NCBI GenBank assembly: GCA_050942955.1
Contig: JBMNOG010000002.1
Coordinates: 32,762 to 96,761, forward strand
Direction of reading: 5' to 3'
DNA from: Patescibacteria group bacterium
GTDB lineage: Bacteria; Patescibacteriota; Microgenomatia; UBA1400; UBA1449
Length of the DNA: 64,000 bases
In this document: piece after piece, positions 19,579-28,997 of the stretch
How positions within the stretch are numbered: position 1 is the first letter of the stretch
How the letters are laid out: every line of letters begins with the position of its first letter
Position numbers and translations under genes: made by a program
Notes under the pieces: model-generated
The model's input: the letters and a program-made list of their open reading frames with translations, nothing else
The model's database searches: none
Told to the model about the DNA's origin: nothing

Positions 19579-20115
19579 ATGCTTAATTTAAAGCTCATAG
19601 CTGTAACGGCATTTATCCTTAGCATAGCTATTGCCCTTCAGAATGTACAGAATATTGCCAAAGCTTCTCAAAACTATGAGAGTTCGGAGCTAATTTCCCC
19701 ACTGCCGGTAGAACCAGTTTTACCTTCAGAAGAAGCTCCTTTGGATACACCAAGTACCTTAGAATTTTTGGAAGACATCAGCAAAACTAATCCTGAAGAA
19801 CCAACCATTTCTTCTGAAAATAGTCTTTACCGCTTTGTCTATCCTAACGCTCAGGTACTCCAGGAAACTCTGACAACTTTCAGCCTTAATACGCCAGACA
19901 GCCCTGAAACCGTAACCGAATGGTATAAAAAACTTTTTGCCCAAAGTGAAATGAAGGCTCAAAGCACCATACAAACCAGAACAAACAATTTGGTAATTAA
20001 CACTTTAACCGGAGCTAATTTGGACTATGAGGTAGGTGTCCGTATTAAAAGTGACACTCCCGGAAACACTGACATTTATGTTGAAGTTATCAATTTTTAC
20101 AAAGAAAATATATGA
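19579..20115 (+). CDS. Secreted hypothetical protein
   Basis: Signal peptide MLNLKLIAVTAFILSIAIALQ. The stop overlaps the next gene (ATGA). Confidence 0.45.
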   Translation: MLNLKLIAVTAFILSIAIALQNVQNIAKASQNYESSELISPLPVEPVLPSEEAPLDTPSTLEFLEDISKTNPEEPTISSENSLYRFVYPNAQVLQETLTTFSLNTPDSPETVTEWYKKLFAQSEMKAQSTIQTRTNNLVINTLTGANLDYEVGVRIKSDTPGNTDIYVEVINFYKENI

Positions 20116-20729
20116 AAATTCCAAGAGTATTTCCTCATATTTCTTCTGGGGAAAGTAGTTACAAGCGGTTCGTCTATATTGCTATAGCTTTATTTGCAGT
20201 CGGAGCAGTCATTGCTGGTAATGGCTTTATTTCAAGAAGCCGCAATACTCAGGCATCTGATTTAACCACTTCACAGACTGATTCTAAAAATGTTATCCCT
20301 TCTCCTCAGCCAAAAGCAATCAAGGAGATCAATCAGAATTTCTCATTTACTTTAGGTACAGGAAGAGACACCACCACCGTAGATTACACCATTGAAAATG
20401 CGGAGCTAGTTGATGAGATTATTATTGGCGGCCAAAGAGCACGAGCAGTTTCAGGCCGCATGTTTCTAATCTTAAATCTAAAAATTACCAATACCAACAA
20501 CCAGGGAATCCAGATTAATACCCGTAACTTTGTTAGAGTAGCCAGAGAAACTATACCTGATGAATGGCTAGCTCCGGATATCCATAATGATCCGGTCGAA
20601 GTGCAAGCAGTTTCTACAAAGCAAACCAGAGTCGGTTTTCCTGTGAGCAGTACCGATCAGGCTTTTACCTTAAGAGTCGGTCCGATTGACGGAGAAAAGA
20701 ATGACATAAACCTTTCATTTAAAAACTAA
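20112..20729 (+). CDS. Membrane-anchored hypothetical protein
   Basis: TM segment VYIAIALFAVGAVIAG followed by an extracytoplasmic domain. Confidence 0.45.
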   Translation: MKIPRVFPHISSGESSYKRFVYIAIALFAVGAVIAGNGFISRSRNTQASDLTTSQTDSKNVIPSPQPKAIKEINQNFSFTLGTGRDTTTVDYTIENAELVDEIIIGGQRARAVSGRMFLILNLKITNTNNQGIQINTRNFVRVARETIPDEWLAPDIHNDPVEVQAVSTKQTRVGFPVSSTDQAFTLRVGPIDGEKNDINLSFKN

Positions 20730-20770
20730 GAAGTAGAATATCCCTTGCTCATACTTATATATAAACAAAA

Positions 20771-20796
20771 GCGGAGAGCCCCTCTCCGTTTTTATT
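20771..20796 (+). terminator. Rho-independent terminator
   Basis: CGGAGAG-ccc-CTCTCCG hairpin followed by TTTTTATT, 40 nt after the 20729 stop. Confidence 0.7.
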
Positions 20797-20970
20797 CGTC
20801 CTGCCTATTATTAAGGTAAAAATATCCTGCTAAACGAACCAATTTCTATTACTTTATTCTTACTGGTTTTTCATTTTCCTGTAAAAGTAATGCAATAAAC
20901 TCTGACGAAGTGAAGTGCCCCTCATGCATGTTTGAGGGAAACGCCAAATAGAGAGGAGGTGAGTAGAAAA

Positions 20971-22206
20971 ATGAAAAAACTTTTTAGAAAGCTGGCTGCT
21001 GCCGCAGCACTAAGCTCCATGCTACTTCAAGTCTTTGCCTCTATTGCTTTAGCTGAAACTATTGAAATTTCCGGTAACGGCGCTGATTCTGAGAACGATG
21101 CGATGGTAAATACTACCAAACAAACAACTGTCGTCCAAAACAACACTGCTGAGATCTTTAACGATATTGAAGCTGAGGCTGAGACAGGCGAAAACGAGGC
21201 TAATGACAATACCGGGGGTGATACGCTTATCATGACTGGTAATGCTACGACATCAGTAGATGTTGCAACAAGAGTTAATCTCAATGCGATAGAAGACAGA
21301 GTTGAGACACAGAGAGACGACACCAGTATTCTGATTTCCGGTAACGGAGCAGATTCTGACAATGACGTTGATCTGAATTCTCTCGAAGAAACAGAAATTT
21401 TCCAGGATAACTTTGCTTACATTGAAAACGATATTGAAGCTGAGGCTGAGACAGGCGAAAACGAGGCCAACCGTAATACTGGCGGCGAAACCGCTGTTAT
21501 TACCGGCCATGCCACTACCGAAGTCGAAGTTTCTAATGTAGCTAACGCCAACCTGGTTGATCTCAGAGGTCCAACAAACGGAACAGTCCCAACCTACGAT
21601 ATCAGGATTGTCGGCAATGGTGCTAATAGCAGGACAAATGTCGACGTTAACCGGCAAAAATTCCTGACAATTGTTCAGGATAACTTTGCAGATATCTTCA
21701 ACTATGTTGAGGTTGAAGCAGAGACCGGTGAAAACGAGGCCAATGATAATACAGGCGGGGACGTCATGATTGACACAGGTATGGCTCAAGCTTCTGCAAC
21801 TGTAGAAAACTGGGCAAACCTGAACGTGGCTACTACCAATGGATGGCTGCCGGAGGTTCTGGCAAAAATTTATGGGAATGGAGCTTTATCCCGAAACGAT
21901 GTTGATGTTTGCTTCTTAGATGAAGTCGCCGTTTTCCAGGGAGATGACGGAGAGAGTGGAAACGTTCTCTTCCTTGAGAATGATGTTGATAACGAACCCG
22001 AAAGCGGTGATAACGAGGCAAACAGAAATACGTATGGCGAAGGTGATCCACTCGTGATTACCGGCCATGCTCTATCCGATGTCCTAGTAAGGAACACGGC
22101 TAACGCCAATTACTATGGCACCCGTCCTGCTATGGACTGGTTTGATAATTTTGAATTGAACTTTTCGTTCAATTTAGGAGGTCTCGTAGGTAGGTTACTT
22201 AGGTAA
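20971..22206 (+). CDS. Secreted protein of four tandem ~85-90-aa repeats (novel repeat family)
   Basis: Signal peptide KLAAAAALSSMLLQVFASIALA. Repeats share GNGA(D/N)S...(V/F)Q(D/N)N(F/T)A.I.N.(I/V)E(A/V)EAETGENEAN(D/R)NTGG....TG.A...V...AN(A/L)N. A 35-nt exact DNA repeat occurs at 21165 and 21426. RBS GAGAGGAGG. Confidence 0.7.
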   Translation: MKKLFRKLAAAAALSSMLLQVFASIALAETIEISGNGADSENDAMVNTTKQTTVVQNNTAEIFNDIEAEAETGENEANDNTGGDTLIMTGNATTSVDVATRVNLNAIEDRVETQRDDTSILISGNGADSDNDVDLNSLEETEIFQDNFAYIENDIEAEAETGENEANRNTGGETAVITGHATTEVEVSNVANANLVDLRGPTNGTVPTYDIRIVGNGANSRTNVDVNRQKFLTIVQDNFADIFNYVEVEAETGENEANDNTGGDVMIDTGMAQASATVENWANLNVATTNGWLPEVLAKIYGNGALSRNDVDVCFLDEVAVFQGDDGESGNVLFLENDVDNEPESGDNEANRNTYGEGDPLVITGHALSDVLVRNTANANYYGTRPAMDWFDNFELNFSFNLGGLVGRLLR

Positions 22207-22222
22207 CACATTGTAGTCAGAT

Positions 22223-22259
22223 GGGGAGTTTCCTGGTCGCACTTCAACAGAAACTCCCC
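22223..22259 (+). other. Perfect 10-bp inverted repeat (GGGGAGTTTC...GAAACTCCCC) with a 17-nt loop, between the two surface-protein genes
   Basis: Read directly. It is followed by an A-rich tract rather than a U-tract, so it is not a classical terminator. Confidence 0.4.
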
Positions 22260-22293
22260 GTCACTACACATAAAAAAACAAAAAGAAAGATGT

Positions 22294-24570
22294 ATGAAAG
22301 TCGCTACGATTAAAAAAACAATAATAACTTTTTTTCTCCTTTATTGGAGTGCATTCTCAATAGTCCCAGTTAGAGCTCTTGAAGCCCCGTCCTCACCCAG
22401 TGCTCCTTCTGCACCTGCATCACCTTCATCAGAAACTTCTGACCCAAATGACTCAAGTGAAAGTACAGACACACCCTCTGCTCCAGAAACCCCATCAGCC
22501 CCTTCGCTAAATGAATCTAATGAGGAAGATACAGCTGAAGAAGAATCCCAATCACCAGCCCCTTCACCAACACCTGAACCAGCACAGGCAGAAACTCAAT
22601 CAAACACAAGTAATAGTAGTACTGACAGTCAAGGTAGTTCTACCAACAGCACAGCTGATAATGTCGTTAACGACGGGAACACCGGGGAAACTGTTATCAA
22701 AACCGGAGATGTTACCACTACAGGGACAGCCGCAACAATCGCTAACACTAATACAAACACTCAAAGTGGAACATCAGCTTTAAATGGAGATATTGTGGTA
22801 ATAACTGAAGATAATGGTTCTGGTTCCATTAATAATACTGATTATGAAGTAATAGATGATTCTCAAACTCTTCAGGATAATAACGCAGCAGTTGGCAATA
22901 ACCTTAATCTTGATTCTGTCTCAGGCCACAACTCAGCTTCAAAAAACCTTGGCGACTCGATGATTATTTCAGGGGATGCTAATGTCAGCGGTACGGCAGT
23001 CACTGCAGTTAATACTAATGTAGACGGTGTTGGTTTAGCCCACTTCACCATTGCCGATGATCACAAAGGTGACATTATTCTAGATTTTAGCAGCTTAGTC
23101 CCCCAGGAAGGCACTGGCTCGGCCGTAACTACCACCTCTGGTAACGGAAGTAACTCTGAGAATGACAGTTCCCTTACGTTTCTATCAGACAGCGATACAT
23201 TCCAAACCAATGACGCCGCAGTTGGTAATAACTTAACTCTTGTGGCTGACAGCGGCCTGAATACTGCCAGTTACAATACCGGCGGCGACTCAATTATCAA
23301 AACAGGCGATGCCAATGTTTCAGCCAATGCTATTACCTTTGCTAACAATAATTTCTCAGGCAATGTTATTTACGCAGTTGTCGATATTTTTGGCAGCCTT
23401 GAGGGTGATATTATTTTACCTCTGGAAGCTTTTAATGCTTTCCTGTCAGCAACTTCTTCTGCCAGCCTTGCAGCTGCAACAACTGGAAATGGCAGTAATT
23501 CCACCAATACAACAGAATTTGCTGACACTGAAACTTCAACCCTAGTCCAGGATAATAATGCCGAGATAGCTAACGACATTACTGCAGAGGCTACAACCGG
23601 AGATAACCAAACCAGTAACAACACAGGCGGCAACTCCATTGTTAAAACAGGCAATGCTGATACTGATGTAAATGTCTTAAACATAGCAAACAATAATCTT
23701 GAAGGCGGCAACTGGTGGTTAGTGCTGGTTAATAAAGCCGGACAGTGGATCGGTAAAATCTTTGGAATGAAAGATGGCGCTGTTGCCGCCGGTTCAGAAG
23801 GTTTAGAGGTTACAGTTAACGAAGACGGTTCAGTCAACGCCACTAATGGCTCCCAACCCGCAACAGTAACCACTACAGAAAACGGCGCTAACTCTAAAAA
23901 TGTAACTACTATTACCCAAACAGAAAACAGCGAAACATTCCAAACAAATAACGCTGCTATTAACAACAGCTTGAATCTGACAGCAAATACCGGTGGTAAC
24001 ACCGCTAGCTATAACACAGGTGGCGACTCAACTATTATAACCGGGGATGCTAAGATTGTGGCTAATATTGTTAACTTTGTAAACAACAACATCGCCACTG
24101 GCGGCAAACTGATCGTCACAGTAATCAATGTCTTTGATAAATGGTTCGGGGATTTTCTGCCCCCTGGAGTAACAAAACCCACCGAAGAAGACCCGGGTGG
24201 GAGTAACGATCCCGGTACGGGTGGGGGAGGAGTTAATCCAACCCAGGAAAATACAAACAACAATAGCACTTCCGTTTCAGAAGATAGCAGTCAGGAAAGT
24301 AGCTCTACTCAAAGCACGGAAAATACTACAAGTACCACAGGTAAAGTTTTAAGCTACTTTAAATCTAACCGCAACCAACAAGTAGTCGAGCAAACAAATG
24401 ACAATCAGGATAGTAAAGTTTTAGGCGAATACTTCAGTAACACCAATTCCAAACAAAAGGTTGATGTCAATCTGGCCTGGCTCCTTCTGGGAATACCTGG
24501 ACTGGGGGTAGCTCTACTTATCAAACGGAGGCGAAAAATTGCCAACTGGATACGCTTCAACCTCTTTTAG
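22294..24570 (+). CDS. Large (758-aa) secreted/cell-surface protein. It has a signal peptide, a Ser/Pro/Thr/Glu-rich linker, at least five copies of the same repeat family as the upstream gene, and a C-terminal hydrophobic segment followed by a basic tail.
   Basis: Repeats such as FQTNDAAVGNNLTLVADSGLNTASYNTGGDSIIKTGDANVSANAITFANNN. C-terminus LAWLLLGIPGLGVALLIKRRRKIANWIRFNLF. Confidence 0.7.
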   Translation: MKVATIKKTIITFFLLYWSAFSIVPVRALEAPSSPSAPSAPASPSSETSDPNDSSESTDTPSAPETPSAPSLNESNEEDTAEEESQSPAPSPTPEPAQAETQSNTSNSSTDSQGSSTNSTADNVVNDGNTGETVIKTGDVTTTGTAATIANTNTNTQSGTSALNGDIVVITEDNGSGSINNTDYEVIDDSQTLQDNNAAVGNNLNLDSVSGHNSASKNLGDSMIISGDANVSGTAVTAVNTNVDGVGLAHFTIADDHKGDIILDFSSLVPQEGTGSAVTTTSGNGSNSENDSSLTFLSDSDTFQTNDAAVGNNLTLVADSGLNTASYNTGGDSIIKTGDANVSANAITFANNNFSGNVIYAVVDIFGSLEGDIILPLEAFNAFLSATSSASLAAATTGNGSNSTNTTEFADTETSTLVQDNNAEIANDITAEATTGDNQTSNNTGGNSIVKTGNADTDVNVLNIANNNLEGGNWWLVLVNKAGQWIGKIFGMKDGAVAAGSEGLEVTVNEDGSVNATNGSQPATVTTTENGANSKNVTTITQTENSETFQTNNAAINNSLNLTANTGGNTASYNTGGDSTIITGDAKIVANIVNFVNNNIATGGKLIVTVINVFDKWFGDFLPPGVTKPTEEDPGGSNDPGTGGGGVNPTQENTNNNSTSVSEDSSQESSSTQSTENTTSTTGKVLSYFKSNRNQQVVEQTNDNQDSKVLGEYFSNTNSKQKVDVNLAWLLLGIPGLGVALLIKRRRKIANWIRFNLF

Positions 24571-24601
24571 CTGAAACTCTGGACTTTGGAGCTTTTAACC
24601 C

Positions 24602-25615
24602 CTACCCGAAGGTAAAGGCAAATACTTCAAGATTGTCGTCCAAAAACTCAAGCTGAAGAAGGTGGTTATCTGCTTTAGTTAATCGTATAAGATTATACAA
24701 GCGATCCTCAGTTACCGGCACAATACCAGCATCCACATCTTCACCTGCTGCATTTTCCTTAACTTGTTCATGATCAAGCAAGACCTTTACCTGGCCCGAT
24801 TCCTTTTGGGGACGCATAACTAAGTAGACTTCCTTTGCATTGAAATGAAGAAGGAGCATACTGCCATGTGTAGGCTGGGCATGGTGTTCTTTCACCGTCC
24901 ACTTTCCTAAAAACGCAAAGGTGTTAAGCAGTAGCTCATCAGGAGTAGTGTAAATACTAAGTTTATCAGGAACTACTTCTTCAGGTGAAGCCAAGTAAGA
25001 CACTCTTAGATACCTCAAGTATAGTTCCGGCGTCTGGGCCTCAATTATATAAGGTGGGTTCTCTACCAAAATACCATCTATATTTGCCCCAGCTTCCTTT
25101 AGGAGTTCTTGGATAACCATCTCTGATTCATCGTAACTGCCTTCACCATAGTGAATCCACCTAATTTTGCCGTTGCCATCTACAAAGTATTTTGCCGGCC
25201 AATAGTGATTATCGTACGCATGCCAGGTTGCGTAGTTGTTATCCTGCATAATCGGAAACTTCAAGCCATAGCGCTTGATAGCATTTTCCAGGTTTAGAGG
25301 ATTTTTCTCAAAGTCAAACTCCGGCGAGTGGACACCAACAATCTCAAAGCCTTTACCTTTGTACTTTTCATACCAGCGGTTGAGATAAGGAAAAGTCCTG
25401 ATACAGTTAATACAGGAATAGGACATAAAATCAACCAAAACAACTTTTCCCCGCAATTCTTTCAAAGTGAGAGGTTTGGAATTGAACCATTTACCTCCTG
25501 GGATAAACTCGGATGCAGAAACAAAACCTTTTTCTAGAATTACTGACATACCAAAATTATTGTAGTAAAACAGGCCTGAAAATAGAGTGAAGAGGAATTC
25601 CTCCTGTTTACCCAA
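24602..25615 (-). CDS. Thioredoxin-fold redoxin (TlpA/AhpC-TSA-like, CxxC) with a ~160-aa C-terminal domain of unknown function
   Basis: VVLVDFMSYSCINCIRTFPYL with a CINC active site. The first start codon is TTG; the ATG at 25549 (MSVILEKG) is an alternative start. Confidence 0.7.
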   Translation of the reverse strand: MGKQEEFLFTLFSGLFYYNNFGMSVILEKGFVSASEFIPGGKWFNSKPLTLKELRGKVVLVDFMSYSCINCIRTFPYLNRWYEKYKGKGFEIVGVHSPEFDFEKNPLNLENAIKRYGLKFPIMQDNNYATWHAYDNHYWPAKYFVDGNGKIRWIHYGEGSYDESEMVIQELLKEAGANIDGILVENPPYIIEAQTPELYLRYLRVSYLASPEEVVPDKLSIYTTPDELLLNTFAFLGKWTVKEHHAQPTHGSMLLLHFNAKEVYLVMRPQKESGQVKVLLDHEQVKENAAGEDVDAGIVPVTEDRLYNLIRLTKADNHLLQLEFLDDNLEVFAFTFG

Positions 25616-25685
25616 GTCTTACTTGGCACTTACAAAGCTCACAAACCCGCTCTCTAAACTAAATAGGCAAATTGAAAGGAGGTAT

Positions 25686-26120
25686 ATGTCAACTACAGGC
25701 TTAGACACATTTGACCGTACCGTCCAGCAAACGAATGAGATCCTCGGCAAAATTGAGGAGACATTTAACTGGCAGGGCCGTCGTAACCAGTCCTATGCAG
25801 CCTTAAGAACTGTTATACAAACTCTTCGCGACAGGCTGCCGGTCAAACAGGCAGTTAACTTCGGTTCTCAGCTGCCTATGCTAGTAAAAGGGATTTACTA
25901 CGAAGGCTGGGACCCGGACAAAGTTCCGATGCGCATGGATGAAGAAGAGTTTTTAAATCGGATCCGTCAGGAGTTCCCTTTTTCCTTGCGAGAAGATGTG
26001 AATATTCGAGATGTAACTAAAATTATACTCACAGTCATTATGAATAGAATCTCAAAAGGCGAAGTTGAAGACATAAAGGCAAACTTACCTGAAGATGTAG
26101 CTTCACTTGTTGAAAGATAG
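25686..26120 (+). CDS. DUF2267-family protein
   Basis: GGAGG RBS 8 nt upstream of the ATG; the family's conserved QLP motif (FGSQLPMLVKG); ~144 aa. Confidence 0.6.
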   Translation: MSTTGLDTFDRTVQQTNEILGKIEETFNWQGRRNQSYAALRTVIQTLRDRLPVKQAVNFGSQLPMLVKGIYYEGWDPDKVPMRMDEEEFLNRIRQEFPFSLREDVNIRDVTKIILTVIMNRISKGEVEDIKANLPEDVASLVER

Positions 26121-26132
26121 AAAGGAATAAAG

Positions 26133-26939
26133 ATGCCGTTTTCTGAATGGATCTGGATTTTACTCCTTGCCGGATTTTTTATTTTCCCATGGTTAAGGGA
26201 GTATATAAGAAGAGAGCAAAGGGATTTTTTTCTAAGGCAAATTGAAAAGAAGAGAGGAACCCGGGTAATTGCCATTATCCAAAGATCAAGACTGCCTTCG
26301 CTCTTAGGCTTGCTGTTTTCCAAATTCTTAAGTCTTGATGATTCCGAAAAGATTGTCAGACTACTTAGAAAAACAGACAAAAACAAGCCTATTGACCTTA
26401 TTATTCACTCTCCAGGGGGGTTAGTCATTGCTGCCCGGCAAATTGCCCAAGCACTACGGTCACACAAAGCAAAAATTACCGCTTTTGTGCCGTACTATGC
26501 ATTGTCCGGCGGTACATACATAGCTCTAGCTGCAGATGAGATTGTGATGGATAAAAATGCCATTTTAAGCCAGCTTGATCCGCAGATTGCTAACATGCCG
26601 GCAGTTTCCATTCAGGAAGTTTTGAAAAAGAAAAAACCTAAGGATATTGACGACAAAACCATAGTGTTGGCAGATATTTCTGAAAAAGCCATAAGGCAAA
26701 CACAAAACTCTCTTGCGGAAATTCTCCAAGCCAATAACTACACTAAGAAGCAAAGCAAAAAGATAGTTAGTGAACTAATTTCTTCCAAGTACACTCATGA
26801 TAATGCTGTTGACTTTGAAGATGCCAAAAGGTTGGGATTAAGAGTTCGTAGTGATATTCCTAAAGAGATTTATGACCTTATGGAGCTTTACGGAGTTAAG
26901 GATAGGAGTGACTCAATTTTCTATTCATCTACTGACTAA
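26133..26939 (+). CDS. Membrane-anchored ClpP-fold serine protease (SDH / serine dehydrogenase proteinase family)
   Basis: N-terminal TM segment; IDLIIHSPGGLVIAARQIA...YALSGGTYIALAADEIVM. Confidence 0.65.
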   Translation: MPFSEWIWILLLAGFFIFPWLREYIRREQRDFFLRQIEKKRGTRVIAIIQRSRLPSLLGLLFSKFLSLDDSEKIVRLLRKTDKNKPIDLIIHSPGGLVIAARQIAQALRSHKAKITAFVPYYALSGGTYIALAADEIVMDKNAILSQLDPQIANMPAVSIQEVLKKKKPKDIDDKTIVLADISEKAIRQTQNSLAEILQANNYTKKQSKKIVSELISSKYTHDNAVDFEDAKRLGLRVRSDIPKEIYDLMELYGVKDRSDSIFYSSTD

Positions 26940-26956
26940 AACAAGTAGCTAAACTT

Positions 26957-27604
26957 ATGATCCCAATCAGAGATCAAAACAGAAGCAATATCACACCTTT
27001 TATGACATACTTTCTCTTAGCTGCTAATGTAGGCATTTTTCTATTTCTTTTAACACTTTCAAGGAGTGAACTAACTCAATTTATTGAGACTTACGCCTTT
27101 TTCCCCGCCAGCATCCTTAGAGGAGAAAACTATTACAGTGTTATTACTTCAATGTTTATCCACGGCGGGATCCTCCACATTTTCTCAAATATGCTTTTTC
27201 TCAACATATTTGGCGATAATCTCGAGGCCTGGCTCGGACACTTCAAGTATTTACTCTTTTACCTTCTAAGCGGCATTGGAGGTTCAGTCCTGCAAATCGT
27301 TACCAACCCAACCTCGTCTATACCCAATATTGGGGCTTCTGGCGCTATTGCCGGGCTTATGGGTGGATACTTAATTTTGTTTCCCAACAACAGAATAGAC
27401 CTACTGATCCCCTTTGGCTTAATTCTCGGAACTATCAGAGTTCCAGCCTTTACTATACTCTTTTACTGGTTTGTTTTACAATTTATTTTTGGCTTGGGCA
27501 GTCTTTCTTCACTAGGAGGCGGCATTGCCTACTTTGCTCATATTGGAGGCTTTTTAACCGGAGCTTTTGCAGTGCTTGTCATCCGCAGCTTCAGAAAAAG
27601 TTAA
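26957..27604 (+). CDS. Rhomboid-family intramembrane serine protease
   Basis: Six TM segments; catalytic Ser in GASGAIAGLMGGY and His in FAHIGGFLTG. Confidence 0.85.
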   Translation: MIPIRDQNRSNITPFMTYFLLAANVGIFLFLLTLSRSELTQFIETYAFFPASILRGENYYSVITSMFIHGGILHIFSNMLFLNIFGDNLEAWLGHFKYLLFYLLSGIGGSVLQIVTNPTSSIPNIGASGAIAGLMGGYLILFPNNRIDLLIPFGLILGTIRVPAFTILFYWFVLQFIFGLGSLSSLGGGIAYFAHIGGFLTGAFAVLVIRSFRKS

Positions 27605-28284
27605 GTAACTCTCTTTGCTTTACGTAAGTACTGCACTACTTCTTCATCGCTGGTTTGTTCAAACTCTTGGTAGTACATTCCTGCAGCCCGAAAGTCGTAT
27701 GGAGCATAAAAGCAAACTAAATTAGCAACCTGCGTTGCAAGTGTTTGAGTAGTGTCATAGGCACAAACCGGTGCCGCAAAAACAATTTCAGCTGAATCAG
27801 TTCTTTTAATAGCAGCAATTGCAGCTCTTGCTGTAACACCCGTTGCTAAACCATCATCTACTAAGATAACTGTTTTATTCTCAAGGAAGGGAAGGGGATA
27901 ACCTCCGCGATACTTTTCAATACGGCGGCTAAGCTCTTGCTTTTCCTTGGAAATTACCTCCTCAAGCTCGTTTTCACTAATACCAAGCAAATGAGCAGTG
28001 GATTTATCTAAAATTTGGGTATCGTTTTCAGAAATCGCTCCAATTCCAAATTCCGGGTTACCGGGAGCGCCGATTTTACGGGACACAATTACATCTAAAG
28101 GAACTTCTAATTCTTGAGCTACTTCAAAAGCTACAGGAACACCACCGCGCGGCAGTCCTAAAACTACCGTGTTTTCTTTCCTATAGTTTTCCAGAAGTTG
28201 AGCCAGTTGCTTTCCTGCTTCCCTTCTATCTTTAAAAAGTACCGAGTTGGTAGCGAACACCTTAAACTCCTGCATACATACCAT
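27601..28284 (-). CDS. Predicted phosphoribosyltransferase (COG1926-type PRTase domain)
   Basis: VLGLPRGGVPVAFEVAQEL; PRPP loop VILVDDGLATGVTARAAI. Confidence 0.75.
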   Translation of the reverse strand: MVCMQEFKVFATNSVLFKDRREAGKQLAQLLENYRKENTVVLGLPRGGVPVAFEVAQELEVPLDVIVSRKIGAPGNPEFGIGAISENDTQILDKSTAHLLGISENELEEVISKEKQELSRRIEKYRGGYPLPFLENKTVILVDDGLATGVTARAAIAAIKRTDSAEIVFAAPVCAYDTTQTLATQVANLVCFYAPYDFRAAGMYYQEFEQTSDEEVVQYLRKAKRVT

Positions 28285-28429
28285 AGTAGCCTACCAGCAT
28301 GTGATCCTGGTAAGAAATAGATCACAAGTCTATAAACAGTATTACCCCTTTCTTACAATCCCATTACTTGTTTCTTATGCACTCGCCTTACTATGCACAA
28401 ACTCATTAAGTTAGTAAGGAAGAGACCCC

Positions 28430-28618
28430 ATGAACGGCTCAGATTATTTTGGTTACAGAGAGCATAGTTATTTTGGAAGATCATCTGAAAGCAATGGACT
28501 TGAAAACGTAAGCAGTTATTACATGAGTGAAGCTGAAGATCAAATTAAGGAGTACGAAAACAAAGCGGAGTTAAATAAGAACACAAACAATCTTTCTTCA
28601 AAAGAAGCATTAGTGTAG
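28430..28618 (+). CDS. Hypothetical 62-aa protein
   Basis: ORF only; AGGAAGAG RBS-like sequence upstream. Confidence 0.25.
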   Translation: MNGSDYFGYREHSYFGRSSESNGLENVSSYYMSEAEDQIKEYENKAELNKNTNNLSSKEALV

Positions 28619-28981
28619 CTCACCTTTAACTGCTTTCAGTAGATTATCTATTTCAAATGGTTTTTCAATAAAGACGTCTGCATAGTCTTTAACACAGTGC
28701 GCTACCTCTGCATCCTCACTTACTGCTATTAGGGATGTATCTTTATTTGTCTTACACTCTTTGCACATTGTCAGCAATTCCTGGCCATTACTATCATCAA
28801 AAGAGTGGACATCTAAAAGGATAACGTCAGGTTTACCATACCTAAGTTTTACTTGAAGGTTTTTATTGCTGCTGATACTTTCAACCTTGTAACCCTGTCT
28901 TTGTAAAATCGTCTGAATTACTTCCGCCACTCCTTCATCACTATCAACTATCCAAACGTTTTTGGGAGCTACTTTGCGCAT
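28610..28981 (-). CDS. Stand-alone response-regulator receiver (CheY-like REC) domain protein
   Basis: VWIVDSD (acidic pocket), ILLDVHSFDD (phospho-acceptor Asp), IEKPF (conserved Lys). It lies 17 nt downstream of the histidine kinase gene. Confidence 0.8.
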   Translation of the reverse strand: MRKVAPKNVWIVDSDEGVAEVIQTILQRQGYKVESISSNKNLQVKLRYGKPDVILLDVHSFDDSNGQELLTMCKECKTNKDTSLIAVSEDAEVAHCVKDYADVFIEKPFEIDNLLKAVKGELH

Positions 28982-28997
28982 AGTACCCTTGCAGCTA

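Noticed and set aside
21027-24002. Several 70-210-aa ORFs antisense or out-of-frame within the two repeat-protein genes (21027-21362, 21253-21789, 21833-22109, 23370-24002)
   Set aside because: They are a consequence of the low-complexity, repeat-rich coding sequence. The sense frames have signal peptides, an RBS and internally consistent repeats.
28285-28429. TGTGATC-N14-GATCACA palindrome upstream of the 62-aa ORF; CRP-like site?
   Set aside because: The arm spacing does not fit known CRP/FNR geometry, and the downstream ORF is itself doubtful. Noted only as low-confidence dyad symmetry.
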